Below are positions 20,881 through 30,908 of a DNA stretch of 37,138 nt, in pieces (position 1 is the first letter of the stretch; the number at the start of each line of letters is the position of its first letter). Below the pieces are notes generated by a model. It saw only the letters and a list, made by a program, of their open reading frames with translations, did no database searches and had not been told where the DNA came from. A program made the position numbers and the translations under genes. Source of the DNA: a virus. Lineage: Duplodnaviria > Caudoviricetes. Where the stretch lies: IMG/VR virus record IMGVR_UViG_3300035703_000222, positions 1 through 37,138 of that record; one strand, 5' to 3'.

Positions 20881-23800
20881 TGCAAAGACCTCCCGCGAAG
20901 CTCGGCGACTTCCGCATTCAGCGCAGCCACCTGTGACTTCAGCTCTTTGATTGCCTCGATGAACAGACCAGCGAAGTTGCCGTACTGCACACCGTACTCA
21001 TCGATGTCCGCCGCGTAGGTGACAACTTCAGGCAGTATCTCATTGACCTCCTGAGCGATCACGCCGATCTCGCGGCGATTCGGGTCGGTCTTTTCGTCAT
21101 CTTCACCGGGGATGCGGGTGTAGTACACGCCGCGCAGTTGCGCCACCTTATCGAGTGCGCCACCAACGGTGACAACATTCGTCTTGCGGCGAGCGTCGGA
21201 GTAAGCGACCACGTTGCCCGTCGAGTAGACACCGCCAGAAACGTACAGCCCATACGAGGACGACGTAGTCGAAGTGTTGATACCTAAGCAAGTATTGCCG
21301 ACGAGGTAATAGAAGTACCAACGACCATTCGCTTCGCGGTACACGCCTCCGTTACCGCCGGAGTCGTACATGATTCCATTGACGCTGCTATACAAATCCA
21401 ATATGCCGCCGTACGAGTTCTTACTGCCCTGAATGCATAGTTGCGTGTACGTGGACTGGTCGTTTGCGCGTACATGCAGCCCGTAGTTGTTCGGCCAGTA
21501 CAAGCCATAGACACTGTCGAGCTGAATCCAGCTACTTGGACGGAAGTAGGAGGCTCCAGAAAGCTGCAAGTGGTAGAGATAACTGGTGCTTGCCGCGTTG
21601 ACGTAATACCCCGTGTTATCAATGTCGTAGTAAATCGGCGAACGCATGTCGCTCACGGCTCGCATACTCGCGTCGAGCGAGGCTTGGAAGCTGCCGTTGA
21701 CGATGTTCATCAAGCCGTGCGACGAAAGGTTTGACGCTACGCCACCGGCGTTCGGGTGCGAGTACCAGAGTCCGTATCCGCCAGACACGCTTGTGCCATC
21801 GATTGCGCCGGTATATGCGGCCCCCATCGAGAAGACAAGCTGGTATCGGTATGAAGAGTAGCTTCCAACGATACCCGCGCCGTAGTCGCCAAATGTTAAT
21901 CTTCCGCGCAAGTAGCCCGTGTCCGAGCTTGCCGGGCGGAAGTAGTAGGAAGTGTTGGTACTGTCGTAGTACAGCGGCGCACGAATAGACGAGCCGTCAA
22001 TCAGGAAATAGTCATTCCCGACAACTCTCGCACGCCAACCACCTCCTGACCCTAGGAAGCCGATGTCGTTACTGTTGTTGACGTAAACGTATCCGCGAAT
22101 CGTTCCGTCGTGCTGGTCGCGGAAGCGAATTCCTCCGGCAGTAGCTCCCCCGTTACTCACGTTCCAGTAGTTTTGCGCGTCAGAGTAGAAGTGGTTGCCG
22201 TACGACTGGTTGTAGATGCCTGTCGCGCCGTAGTTGCGGAACCAGCCGCCGTCCACGTTGTAGACGTTACCGCATTCAATGGTGCTAAGGCGCGATGTAG
22301 ATGTTGGGTCTACGTAATACCCGGTGTTGTTGCTGTCGTAAAAGATCGGCGAACGCATTGAGCCGTACGCCTCTGTGCCAGCGTTGGCGCCACGTATAAC
22401 AAGATTTCGCGTTCCAGATAGTCCGCCGTCCCTGAATACGATGTCCTCACCGCCGGAGGTCGCAAACTGAAAATGGTTGTCGTCTGTGTCAGTCGCGTTT
22501 ATGTATCCACGGAGGCTTCCGGCGGAAGTATAAAATTCAGCCACCCCACCAGCAAAGGTTTGCGTGTTGAAGAGGCGAGACGTGCCAGCCGGATTTAAGT
22601 AGTACCCAGTGTTATCGCTGTCATAGAAAATTGGCGCACGAAGATCGACAGGCGCGGTAACTACGCCGCTCGCCTCGATAGTCAGCGCGCGGGTGGAGCC
22701 GCCAGAGCCGACGTCAATCAGCAGTCCCGCATCCGTCGACTTGATGTACGAGTAGTTGAAGTTGGTGCCGTCTGGTGGCGCGAGGAACAGCATGCGCGTT
22801 GCCGCGTTGTCCCAGATCTCGATGGTAGACCGCCACGAACCTGAGTAGCTGCCGAATGAGCCCGGGCTGCCCCCGGATGGTCCCACACGAAGCGCACGAC
22901 TTCCGGAGCCGGTCCCTGACGTTCCGACATAGATGGTGCCGGTTAAAGTGCCGCCGCTTAACGGGAGCGCGTAGCTGCCGTAGTTCCCCGAGTGAATGTA
23001 CAAGTCGCCCGACGCGCCACCTTTGCGCAGCTCGCCATTCGTCAGCAGCGTCATTCGCTGCGTCCAGTTGTTTGATAAAGCCCCGGCGATGCTGTAGTAC
23101 GTCAGACCGCCGCCAGACTCGGTGTGGACAAGCCAACCTGTATCACTGGTCGTGCTGCGGAACGTCATCGACGGGTACGCGCCGTAGATGATGAGCTGCT
23201 CGTTAAACGTGCCCGCACCCCAATCGGAATTGATGCGGAGGTCGCCGGTCAGCGCCCCTCCGGTCAACGGCAGCGCGTAGCTGCTGTAGTTGCCGCTGTG
23301 TAATACGGTTCTCCACGTGGAATACCCAAGATTGTTCTTAGTGCGAATCCACAGGTTTCCGTAGTCCGAGTTGTTGTGCCTAATATCAAACCCAAGTTGG
23401 GCGCGAATCCCGCTGCCGAACGCCAGCCCTATCACGCCGCCGTATGAAAATGGCGCGTCCCAGCTTGTGTTGGCAGAGCCGTAGCTGCTGTACGCGCCAC
23501 CAGCCTCAAGGTCTGTGCTTAGATTGGTTGATGCCCCGATGTTGCGTGGCATATCCATCGCAACAGCGGACATGGCGCGATAGTTGTTGTCGTACAGGAC
23601 ATTGCCGTACAGCGCGCCAGTCAGAGTTCCGCCGCTTAACGGGAGTGCGTAACTGCTGTAGTTGCCAGCGTGGAGGATCACGTTGCCGCTCGGACCGGTC
23701 AGCGTACCTCCCTGTGGGACGAGCTGGATGTTTGCGCCATTAAGGATCAGTGTCCCGTAGGCGCTTGTCCCACGGTTGTAAGAGATGATGTAGCTAGAAC

Positions 23801-24902
23801 CGCCTGATACTCCGACTTCAGTTGCTAGCGCGTTATTTCCGGAACCGCCGTCATACCAGCCGGTGAATCGACCCTGACCGGTAGTCGCAATATCGCTGCC
23901 AAAATTTCTCTGAGACGTTGTCGCAGAGTTGCCAGAAATGCTTATACCCCACGTACCACTCGCGCCGCTGCCGGTAAGAGAAGGACTGTAGGAGATGTAG
24001 TTCCCGGCGTGGAGGACTACGTTGCCTTTGTACTGGAGATTCGCCTGTAGCACCTCAAGCAGCCGCGTCGTTCCCCGCTCAAGGATCAGCTCCCCATCTG
24101 AGGACCCGCCAGAGCTACTAAATACAAAACGATTTGGTCCGATGCCGAAATCAGCTGTTGACGGTCCGCTGTACCAACTATTCCCACCGAGCGCCTGATA
24201 TAGCCACATCCAGCCGCTAGCGGACATGTTGAATGTAACTGGCGCCGCGTTAGATATTGCGTTCGTGCCGGCTGAGTACAAACCGTTTGTGACGGTTGCG
24301 GCATTACCCGTGATCGAGATGCCCCAAGTACCAGACGCCCCCGTGCCGCTCGGCTGCGGCGGCGTATAGCCCAGCGCCGACGTGACTTGCCCACTGGTGA
24401 TACCCGTGAGGTAGCCGCTGTCGTTCGTGAACGAACTGACGTTCGTGGGCGCCGTGTAGCTGAATACACCCGTCGAGCTGTTGTACGACAACGAGCCTGA
24501 CGCACTGACTGCCGCGCGCGCACGGGCGTTCGTGAAGTACAGGTTTGTGCCGCCTTCAGTCACCGCATCCGTACTGCCCGGGGAGGCTGAAATCTCTACG
24601 TACGCTGAGCCAGACCATCGGTAGGTCTTGTTGGTGTCGAGCGCAACGTAGATCTTTCCGGTCTCACCGGAGCCGGGGAACGCAGCAAGGTTCGCACCCT
24701 CGACCACGTCATCGACGTAGGACGGCAACTGAGCAGACGGTACTTTCCCGCTGCTATCGAGAGAAGCGTATCCGCCCGCCACGCCCTTGTTCGCAGCGAC
24801 TTCTTTGAGCCCAAGCTCTGTGTTGAGCTCTGTGAAGTTGCTGTCGACTTCAGCGTTGGTTAGCGGCGATCCTTTGCCGGTACGAGTCGTAATGCTTGCC
24901 AT
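20877..24902 (-). CDS. Long tail fibre (1341 aa) with C-terminal peptidase S74 intramolecular chaperone
   Basis: N-terminal TR.GKGSPLTNAEVDSNF anchor; Gly/Ser/Tyr-rich modules; repeats H.GNY.SYALPL.GG.LTG and R.P.FYDS.NTGYY..P..TS; SDARRKTN..LRGVYY..IGVIAQEV..LFIEAIKELK coiled coil. Confidence 0.92.
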   Translation of the reverse strand: MASITTRTGKGSPLTNAEVDSNFTELNTELGLKEVAANKGVAGGYASLDSSGKVPSAQLPSYVDDVVEGANLAAFPGSGETGKIYVALDTNKTYRWSGSAYVEISASPGSTDAVTEGGTNLYFTNARARAAVSASGSLSYNSSTGVFSYTAPTNVSSFTNDSGYLTGITSGQVTSALGYTPPQPSGTGASGTWGISITGNAATVTNGLYSAGTNAISNAAPVTFNMSASGWMWLYQALGGNSWYSGPSTADFGIGPNRFVFSSSGGSSDGELILERGTTRLLEVLQANLQYKGNVVLHAGNYISYSPSLTGSGASGTWGISISGNSATTSQRNFGSDIATTGQGRFTGWYDGGSGNNALATEVGVSGGSSYIISYNRGTSAYGTLILNGANIQLVPQGGTLTGPSGNVILHAGNYSSYALPLSGGTLTGALYGNVLYDNNYRAMSAVAMDMPRNIGASTNLSTDLEAGGAYSSYGSANTSWDAPFSYGGVIGLAFGSGIRAQLGFDIRHNNSDYGNLWIRTKNNLGYSTWRTVLHSGNYSSYALPLTGGALTGDLRINSDWGAGTFNEQLIIYGAYPSMTFRSTTSDTGWLVHTESGGGLTYYSIAGALSNNWTQRMTLLTNGELRKGGASGDLYIHSGNYGSYALPLSGGTLTGTIYVGTSGTGSGSRALRVGPSGGSPGSFGSYSGSWRSTIEIWDNAATRMLFLAPPDGTNFNYSYIKSTDAGLLIDVGSGGSTRALTIEASGVVTAPVDLRAPIFYDSDNTGYYLNPAGTSRLFNTQTFAGGVAEFYTSAGSLRGYINATDTDDNHFQFATSGGEDIVFRDGGLSGTRNLVIRGANAGTEAYGSMRSPIFYDSNNTGYYVDPTSTSRLSTIECGNVYNVDGGWFRNYGATGIYNQSYGNHFYSDAQNYWNVSNGGATAGGIRFRDQHDGTIRGYVYVNNSNDIGFLGSGGGWRARVVGNDYFLIDGSSIRAPLYYDSTNTSYYFRPASSDTGYLRGRLTFGDYGAGIVGSYSSYRYQLVFSMGAAYTGAIDGTSVSGGYGLWYSHPNAGGVASNLSSHGLMNIVNGSFQASLDASMRAVSDMRSPIYYDIDNTGYYVNAASTSYLYHLQLSGASYFRPSSWIQLDSVYGLYWPNNYGLHVRANDQSTYTQLCIQGSKNSYGGILDLYSSVNGIMYDSGGNGGVYREANGRWYFYYLVGNTCLGINTSTTSSSYGLYVSGGVYSTGNVVAYSDARRKTNVVTVGGALDKVAQLRGVYYTRIPGEDDEKTDPNRREIGVIAQEVNEILPEVVTYAADIDEYGVQYGNFAGLFIEAIKELKSQVAALNAEVAELRGRSLQ

Positions 24903-24935
24903 GCTTGTTCCCTAACGGCTAGTAACGGAGTGGAA

Positions 24936-24954
24936 GGGCGTGGGTCTCACGCCC
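24936..24954 (-). terminator. GC hairpin, weak terminator or mRNA stabiliser
   Basis: GGGCGTG-5nt-CACGCCC directly after the stop at 24961; poor U-tract (TTCC). Confidence 0.4.
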
Positions 24955-24960
24955 GCCAAA

Positions 24961-25422
24961 TCACACTGCAGAGAGCGTGATCGTCCACGTCACCGTCAGC
25001 GCATCGTCCGCAGCCTTGTTCACCACCGGGAACACAGTGCGGCAGAGCATGTCGCCCGCAGACGAGTCATTGAAGATGCCCGCCTCGGTCACGGCACCGG
25101 TCGCATCACCGGCTTCGAACGAAGCGACGTACACCACCTTCTCGTTGTTCGTGCCGGCGATCGTCGTCGTGTCGAGCGCTTCACGCGAACCGAGCAAGCT
25201 GACGAGATCGGTCTGACCAGCAGCCGCGGCAGTCGTGCCCGAGCCGAGCGCCATGTGCGACATGACCGACTTCGAGGTGCCAACCATACGGCTGATGATG
25301 TACGCCAGACCGGCGTTGACGACGAGGTTGTCGACGTCTCGCTCGTCCTTGACGTTACCGTCCTTGTCGCGCAGAACAATGCTCAGGCGACCCTTAACCT
25401 TCAGGTTTTCAAGACTGTTCAT
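24961..25422 (-). CDS. Virion structural protein (153 aa), fibre-attachment type
   Basis: NLVVNAGL..HMALGSGTTAAAAGQTDL..VTEAGIFN..VVNK..DALTVTWTITL motif set of a widespread phage structural family. Confidence 0.8.
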   Translation of the reverse strand: MNSLENLKVKGRLSIVLRDKDGNVKDERDVDNLVVNAGLAYIISRMVGTSKSVMSHMALGSGTTAAAAGQTDLVSLLGSREALDTTTIAGTNNEKVVYVASFEAGDATGAVTEAGIFNDSSAGDMLCRTVFPVVNKAADDALTVTWTITLSAV

Positions 25423-25436
25423 CTAAGATCCTCACA

Positions 25437-26876
25437 TCAAGTGAATGAACGAGAACTACCGACGTAATCCTCTGCGAAATACGAGAAGTCGCAGTACCCT
25501 TGTGAGCGCAGTGTTCCCGAACTGCCCACGCCCACAGAATCCGACTTGCCAAGATTCGGTGCTCTAAACGAAGCATCCGAAACCGTGGCAGCGTCAGACG
25601 GGATTTTTGCAAGTGCTTTGCTGATCAGTTCCGCGACCGCAGCCGTGTCCTCCGGGTAGCGGAGGTACGTGATGGTCAGCAGGATGGTGTCTGTAAGTTG
25701 CACCGCATCTGACGGTGCCTTAATGAACGACGAGTACAGCGCATCGGCGAGCTGGGCGGCGTCTGCGGCTGACTTGTCTGCCGCCACTGCCACTGCGTCT
25801 GCCAGTGCTGCAGCGTCCTCGCGGACTTTGCTGAACGCCGACTCGATGGCGTCTGCCGCCCCGGAGCCGTCCGCCAGAGACTTGCTGAAGTCGAACACGC
25901 TGTCTTCCGACAGGGCTGATTCGTCTGTCAGCGCCTTACCAAAGCTTCGGTTCTGCTCGTCAGTAATGGCAGCGAGATCCGCCGCCGATTTCTGAAGGGA
26001 CTTCGCAGCCTGTTCGATGGCAAGCCCGTTGTCTGCCAAGGGCTTCTCGAACGCCGTGAACAGACTATCGAACAGCTGTGCAGTGTCTGCGAGGGTCTTC
26101 TCAACCCCCTTCGTATGGGCTTCGGAAACCCCGGCGACGTCATCGAAATACCGTACGTAGTTGACCTGCCGGTAGAAGACATCCCCTACCCCAGCGGCGT
26201 TGCTAGTCGTCTTGAAGAAGAAGACCTCTTGGTCGTCCTCGATCGTGGCTGCGCCATCGACGTCGTCCGTTACGCCTACGCCATCGAACAGCGGCTTGCT
26301 GATATCCCGGTAAGCGAAGTCCGCCGTGACCGCGATGTCCGCTACGTTCTTGGCAAACTGTACATACAAATTGTCTATCAGTTGGGCGGCATCGGCGGCT
26401 GACTTACTGAAGCTAACAGTCGCATCCTCGGCGACCGTGCCGGCGTCCGTGAACAGCTTGGCTAGACTGTTAAACAGCGCGTCAGACAGTACAGGGTCGT
26501 CCCTGAGCGCCTTAGCAAAGAAGTAGGTGCGAGTGTCCGCCAGTTCCAGCGTCTCCCCCAGAACCTTCTGCATTGCGAGGAGCTGGTCATCTGTGAGGCT
26601 AACCGGGTCAGCAGCAGTCTTGTCGAACTGCGCGACGTACCGATCGACCGCCCCAAAGGCGTCTGTGAGTTTCTTTGAGAAGTCCTGACGCAGGGCATCC
26701 GCGACCCGGGCTTCGTCGTCACGCTCGATGAGTATCAGGAAAAGCCCGATCTCATAGACGAGCTTCAAGACCGCAGCCTGAAACGAAGCGGTCAGCGCGC
26801 CTGCCGAGACAGCGGCGGTGATCGCCGGCGCGGTAATGGCGCTTTTGAGCGCCGTCCACGCAGCCGTCAGTTTCAC
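25437..26876 (-). CDS. Ala/Asp-rich fibrous virion protein with 18-aa repeats (479 aa)
   Basis: About 20 units of F.K..AD.....D..... and C-terminal YCDFSYFAEDYVG. Confidence 0.8.
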   Translation of the reverse strand: MKLTAAWTALKSAITAPAITAAVSAGALTASFQAAVLKLVYEIGLFLILIERDDEARVADALRQDFSKKLTDAFGAVDRYVAQFDKTAADPVSLTDDQLLAMQKVLGETLELADTRTYFFAKALRDDPVLSDALFNSLAKLFTDAGTVAEDATVSFSKSAADAAQLIDNLYVQFAKNVADIAVTADFAYRDISKPLFDGVGVTDDVDGAATIEDDQEVFFFKTTSNAAGVGDVFYRQVNYVRYFDDVAGVSEAHTKGVEKTLADTAQLFDSLFTAFEKPLADNGLAIEQAAKSLQKSAADLAAITDEQNRSFGKALTDESALSEDSVFDFSKSLADGSGAADAIESAFSKVREDAAALADAVAVAADKSAADAAQLADALYSSFIKAPSDAVQLTDTILLTITYLRYPEDTAAVAELISKALAKIPSDAATVSDASFRAPNLGKSDSVGVGSSGTLRSQGYCDFSYFAEDYVGSSRSFT

Positions 26877-27211
26877 CCGATGTCCTCACGGACGCGGAAC
26901 TTGAGCAGGTCGTATACGGTCTGGCGGGCGCCCGTGGCAGCCCAGTACACCTCGACCTCGCCCTCGTAGTCGCCGGCGGCGACGTTCAGGTCGCCTGCCT
27001 GCCACGCAATGACAGCCTTGCCGAGCGTGGCTTCTTCAGGATTCACAATCCCCTGACGGGAGAACAGCGGCGCGGTGCCGCCCACCTCGCGGAAGTGAAG
27101 CGTGACCGTAGCGCCGGTGAGGTCAATGACGTCTCCGGTGTTCTCGTCGGTCAGCGTGACACGCACCTGAGGGCGGGTGTCGCCCTGAACGAGCTTAATC
27201 TTCTCTGCCAT
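26873..27211 (-). CDS. BppU-N-like fibre/baseplate adaptor (112 aa)
   Basis: LVQGDTRP..VTLTD..IDLTGATVTL..GDYEGEVEV motif. Confidence 0.8.
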   Translation of the reverse strand: MAEKIKLVQGDTRPQVRVTLTDENTGDVIDLTGATVTLHFREVGGTAPLFSRQGIVNPEEATLGKAVIAWQAGDLNVAAGDYEGEVEVYWAATGARQTVYDLLKFRVREDIG

Positions 27212-27212
27212 C

Positions 27213-27863
27213 TCAGACTCCTGTCAGGCGGACACGCAGGTCCGCGCGCGTGTGCCCACGGGAAGCGCGCTGGCGAGCGACGTTGATGCCGCTGTTAAAC
27301 GCAGCAAGTGCAAGGCTAGCCGCCGGACCATTGGTCCACGGCTTACTCGCCATACTGAGTAATCGGTATTTCGCCCCATGGGCGACCGTCTCGGCGTAGT
27401 CCTCGAACAGGACGTCCTCGATGGTTTCCGCATTTCGGGTAGGTTTTAGGGCGGCGCGTATGGTAAGCCCGTTGGCAACCGTGTCCTTAGGTATCGGGTA
27501 GATCGAGAACGTCCGCTCATCCTTCTGGATGAACATGCGCGGGTCAGAGCGCTCCTTGTCGGCGCCCGTGAACAGCGTGTTGTAGACCTCGGCGTTATGG
27601 ACATTGTCCGGCGCAGTCGGCGTCAGCTCGACATCTTTGTACCAAACGCGCATCAGCCTGCTGACCAGCTGACTAGCTGGCGGGTCGATGTCGTAATCGG
27701 TAATCCCCTTCACCACGGTGACCGGGTCAAGGTCGCGCTGAATGACCAGCGTCTTCTCGCAGAACTCGATAAGTGCCGCACGGATTGCTACGTCTGCGGT
27801 CACCTCTGGGCATCCCGGCACTTCGGGGATGACGTACTGATAGAAGTCGCTGAGCGTCGCCAT
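27213..27863 (-). CDS. Head-tail adaptor / tail tubular protein A-like (216 aa)
   Basis: VIPEVPGCP..AIRAALIEFCEKT..LKPTR..GAKYRLLSM..KPWTN; position after the capsid genes. Confidence 0.75.
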   Translation of the reverse strand: MATLSDFYQYVIPEVPGCPEVTADVAIRAALIEFCEKTLVIQRDLDPVTVVKGITDYDIDPPASQLVSRLMRVWYKDVELTPTAPDNVHNAEVYNTLFTGADKERSDPRMFIQKDERTFSIYPIPKDTVANGLTIRAALKPTRNAETIEDVLFEDYAETVAHGAKYRLLSMASKPWTNGPAASLALAAFNSGINVARQRASRGHTRADLRVRLTGV

Positions 27864-28561
27864 TACGCCACCTCAAGGTTCGCGGACTTCGGCGGCGTTC
27901 CATCCATGTTTGCCACGTTCGGCGAGGTCGCGATGCGCTTGCGGTTACCGATGCCCAATGAATTGGCAAACATCTGGTAGTGCATGGCGGCGCGCTGGAC
28001 GTTCCCGGCGTACTCGGCGTCTTTACTGAACGCGCGGTACAGGATGTAGTCGAGCAACACGCCCGCGTAGATATCCTCGCTCTCAAGAACAGTCGTCGAG
28101 GACAGCTGTTGGTCAGTGATGTCGACCGGCGACTTCGAGTAGACGATCTCCAGCTTGTGACCAGCAGTGGCAGGCGGATAGACGTAGAACGTCTTCGGGC
28201 TGCGCTCATCGAACATGAAGTGCTTCAAGTTCGTCGAGGCAGTCTCCGTGTGCCAATCCGGGCGCTGGGCGTCGAGGATTTCGCGCTCAACAATGCGCAC
28301 GGAACGACCCACCGCATCAGCGGCGGAGATATTGCGCACGGCGTCGAGGAAGCGATTGCCATCCGAGGGGATGGTCTGCTTCGATCCTGCAACCAACGTC
28401 AACGTACTGGTCGAGGAGTAGATGTCCGGGCGATGAATCGCAAGCTCGCGCCGTCCGTCATTCAGATAACGGAGCAACTCGGCTTGCGTCCAGCGCACAT
28501 TCGTCGTGTCCTGCAGAATGTCACCCGCACGGGTGAGCAACTCATTCGGTGTCTGTGCCAT
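27863..28561 (-). CDS. Head-tail adaptor protein, DUF6682-like (232 aa)
   Basis: ILQD..VRWTQAELLRYLNDG..FYVYPP..LLDYILYRAFSKDAEYA. Confidence 0.82.
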   Translation of the reverse strand: MAQTPNELLTRAGDILQDTTNVRWTQAELLRYLNDGRRELAIHRPDIYSSTSTLTLVAGSKQTIPSDGNRFLDAVRNISAADAVGRSVRIVEREILDAQRPDWHTETASTNLKHFMFDERSPKTFYVYPPATAGHKLEIVYSKSPVDITDQQLSSTTVLESEDIYAGVLLDYILYRAFSKDAEYAGNVQRAAMHYQMFANSLGIGNRKRIATSPNVANMDGTPPKSANLEVA

Positions 28562-28736
28562 TAGTTTCTCCGTCAGTCTGGATCGCGACTTTCTTTCGGC
28601 GAGCCTTCTTCATCTCAGGCTGCTCAGATACAAGCACCTCGGGCTTTGGCTCTTCGTATACGTCGTACTCCCCGCTATCCATCAGGACTTTGTGGAAGAC
28701 GTAGATGTCGCCGGTTTGCTTGTGTCTCAGAAGCAT
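28542..28736 (-). CDS. Small hypothetical head-associated protein (64 aa)
   Basis: ATG with AGGA upstream; fills the gap between capsid and adaptor; basic C-terminus. Confidence 0.7.
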   Translation of the reverse strand: MLLRHKQTGDIYVFHKVLMDSGEYDVYEEPKPEVLVSEQPEMKKARRKKVAIQTDGETNGTDTE

Positions 28737-28752
28737 GTGATTCCTGTAAGCG

Positions 28753-28790
28753 AAAAGGACCGGGGGAGGTTGCCCTCCCCCAGCCCCGGT
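28753..28790 (-). terminator. Intrinsic terminator after major capsid gene
   Basis: Stem GGGGGAGG / CCTCCCCC with GCAA tetraloop, followed by GGTCCTTTT. Confidence 0.8.
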
Positions 28791-28801
28791 GTGCCTAAGA
28801 A

Positions 28802-29788
28802 TTAGGCGTAGAAGAAGCCCTCGGCGAGAGCTTCCGGCTTCACAACCTTGTAGCCGTAGACATTCAAGCCACGGACGAGGTTGCCGAACGTCGTCTGCGA
28901 ACGCAGCGACTCCACCTTGGTCACCTGAGAGGCGAACGTGATGGCGTCGTTGGTGCCCGCATAGACGTAGGTGCCCTTCACGGTGCCAGCGCCAGCGTCG
29001 CCAGCTTCGCGAGCCGCACCAGTGGCGGTCGGGAGCAGGTTGCTGACGTACAGCGTGAAGCGATCCACCATGCCGAGGCGACCGTTACGGAGCGGGGTCA
29101 CCGAATCACCGGTGATCGACGCATCCTTGAGGTCCGACTGCTTGATGAGGGCAGCCATCCACGCCGGGATGACCATCCAGCGACCCATCTCGGGGACGTT
29201 CTGCTCGTCGAGGACCTGACCGAGTTCGACAATCTTGTCGACCACGTTGGTCTTCGTGAGCTTCGCGCCAGTCAAGCCGCCGGTGGCGTTGCCGTCACCG
29301 AGGTTGATGTTCGCCGAGAGGGCGCCCGCGGCAGCGCCTTGGTTGGCGGCAGCAGCGGCGTTCTTCACGCCAGCGAGCACGTCCGTGTCGATCGCGATCT
29401 TCATCTGCTGAGCGGCATCGTTCGTGAAGATGTCCATCAGCTTGAGATCGCTCTGCACGTCATCCACGTCGTCAACGACGACTTGGAAGTACTTGCCCTT
29501 GTCGATCAAGAGCTCAACCACGCCACCGGTCGGGACCTGCGAAGAGAGGCTCTGACCCTTGGTGTAGTTCGAGATGGTGATCGAGGGGATCGTGCGGATC
29601 TCGACCTTATCGCCCTGATCTTTGATCTCGCCTTCCCAGTCGTTGTTCGTGATCGACGACAGAACCGTCGACTGATAGAACTTGACCTGAAGCTTGCCAG
29701 ACCAAATCTGCGGGATGAAAACGCCAGCGTAGCTGTCGCTGGTGCCGGCACCGGCACCGTAATAGTTGTTAGAGACTGCGAGAGACAT
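28802..29788 (-). CDS. Major capsid protein (328 aa, P22 coat-like family)
   Basis: FIPQIWSGKL..NNDWEGEIKDQGDKVEI..L.IDKGKYF..RGLNVYGYKVVKPEAL; AGGAG ribosome site; follows scaffold and precedes a terminator. Confidence 0.92.
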   Translation of the reverse strand: MSLAVSNNYYGAGAGTSDSYAGVFIPQIWSGKLQVKFYQSTVLSSITNNDWEGEIKDQGDKVEIRTIPSITISNYTKGQSLSSQVPTGGVVELLIDKGKYFQVVVDDVDDVQSDLKLMDIFTNDAAQQMKIAIDTDVLAGVKNAAAAANQGAAAGALSANINLGDGNATGGLTGAKLTKTNVVDKIVELGQVLDEQNVPEMGRWMVIPAWMAALIKQSDLKDASITGDSVTPLRNGRLGMVDRFTLYVSNLLPTATGAAREAGDAGAGTVKGTYVYAGTNDAITFASQVTKVESLRSQTTFGNLVRGLNVYGYKVVKPEALAEGFFYA

Positions 29789-29858
29789 AAATTACTCCTG
29801 TGAATGTTGTCTCTGCCGCACCTCTGTTTGGTTTATTTACACGCTAGACAGTATTGTC

Positions 29859-30803
29859 TCAGCGCAAACGACCTTCCTTCTGTGCGGCGAAAATGTCTTG
29901 CTCAATCCTCGCCGCCTCATCCTGCGTGTGAACGCCGCGTCGAAGCTCGTCATAGAAACGAGCGACATCCGCGGTGGTCCACACTTTCTTGCTCGGCGGT
30001 GGCTTGTTCGCTTTGTTAGCGGACGGAACCACCTGATCGGCAAGGCTAGGTTTTGGCGACTCGGGCTCTACACGCCGAGACTCGTTGTACGAGTTGAAGA
30101 AGTTCGCGATACGCCAAGCATCGAGCTTCTCGTAAGCATCGTCGAAGAGTTCCTGCCGGGGACGTCCCGTGTAGGGATCGAGTCCACCGAGGTATGCAAG
30201 GAATCCCTCGTCCGTGTTTAGCGCTTCCCACTGCGGAGCTTCGCGACCAAGCTGATCAAAGAACTGCTGTCGCGCTACCCGGCGCTGCGTTTCCGTGACT
30301 TCCTTCACCTGCGCTTGCAGATTCGGATCAACACCCGGTGTGGCGTTACGCGCTACACGCTGGACCATATCGATGAAGTCCTTGCCGTACTGCTCGACTT
30401 CTTCCGGCTTGACGCCGGCGTCGGCAGGCGCTGCAGGCTTGGCTTCCGCTTCGCGGAGCTTTGTCTGCAGGTCAGCAATCTGGTCCTTCATCTCGCGGAT
30501 GGTCTGCGCCATGCGCGGCATCTCCTTCGTGAGACGCCCTTCAGCCACTTTCGCGCGTTGCTTCCAGTGGTTCAGGTCGCCTTCTTCTGAAGGTTCTGCG
30601 GGCTTTTCCGGTTCTGCTTTCGCGGGTTCCGCTGACGGAGCGCTATCGGCAGGTGCCGGGGGTGTGGAATCTGCAGGAGGTGCGGATGGTGTCTCGGCTG
30701 CCTTCGGAGCCTCAGGGGGTTGCTGAGGAGTTCCGTACGCCTGCTGGTAGATCTGGTCCGCAAGCTCTGCTTGCTTCTCAACTGACTTCGGTAGTCTGGG
30801 CAT
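29859..30803 (-). CDS. Capsid scaffolding protein (314 aa)
   Basis: Pro/Ala/Glu-rich N-terminus, coiled coil, C-terminal IFAAQKEGRLR; immediately upstream of the capsid gene; ATG at 30803 with GAGGA upstream. Confidence 0.8.
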   Translation of the reverse strand: MPRLPKSVEKQAELADQIYQQAYGTPQQPPEAPKAAETPSAPPADSTPPAPADSAPSAEPAKAEPEKPAEPSEEGDLNHWKQRAKVAEGRLTKEMPRMAQTIREMKDQIADLQTKLREAEAKPAAPADAGVKPEEVEQYGKDFIDMVQRVARNATPGVDPNLQAQVKEVTETQRRVARQQFFDQLGREAPQWEALNTDEGFLAYLGGLDPYTGRPRQELFDDAYEKLDAWRIANFFNSYNESRRVEPESPKPSLADQVVPSANKANKPPPSKKVWTTADVARFYDELRRGVHTQDEAARIEQDIFAAQKEGRLR

Positions 30804-30908
30804 TATCAATCCTCTGAGCCGTGTCCTACGCGCAAGAGAGCCTCTCTGGAGTCTCTGCCTACGTGACTGGAGTCAGGGCGGGTTATGCCGGAGAACCTCC
30901 GGCGGGGT

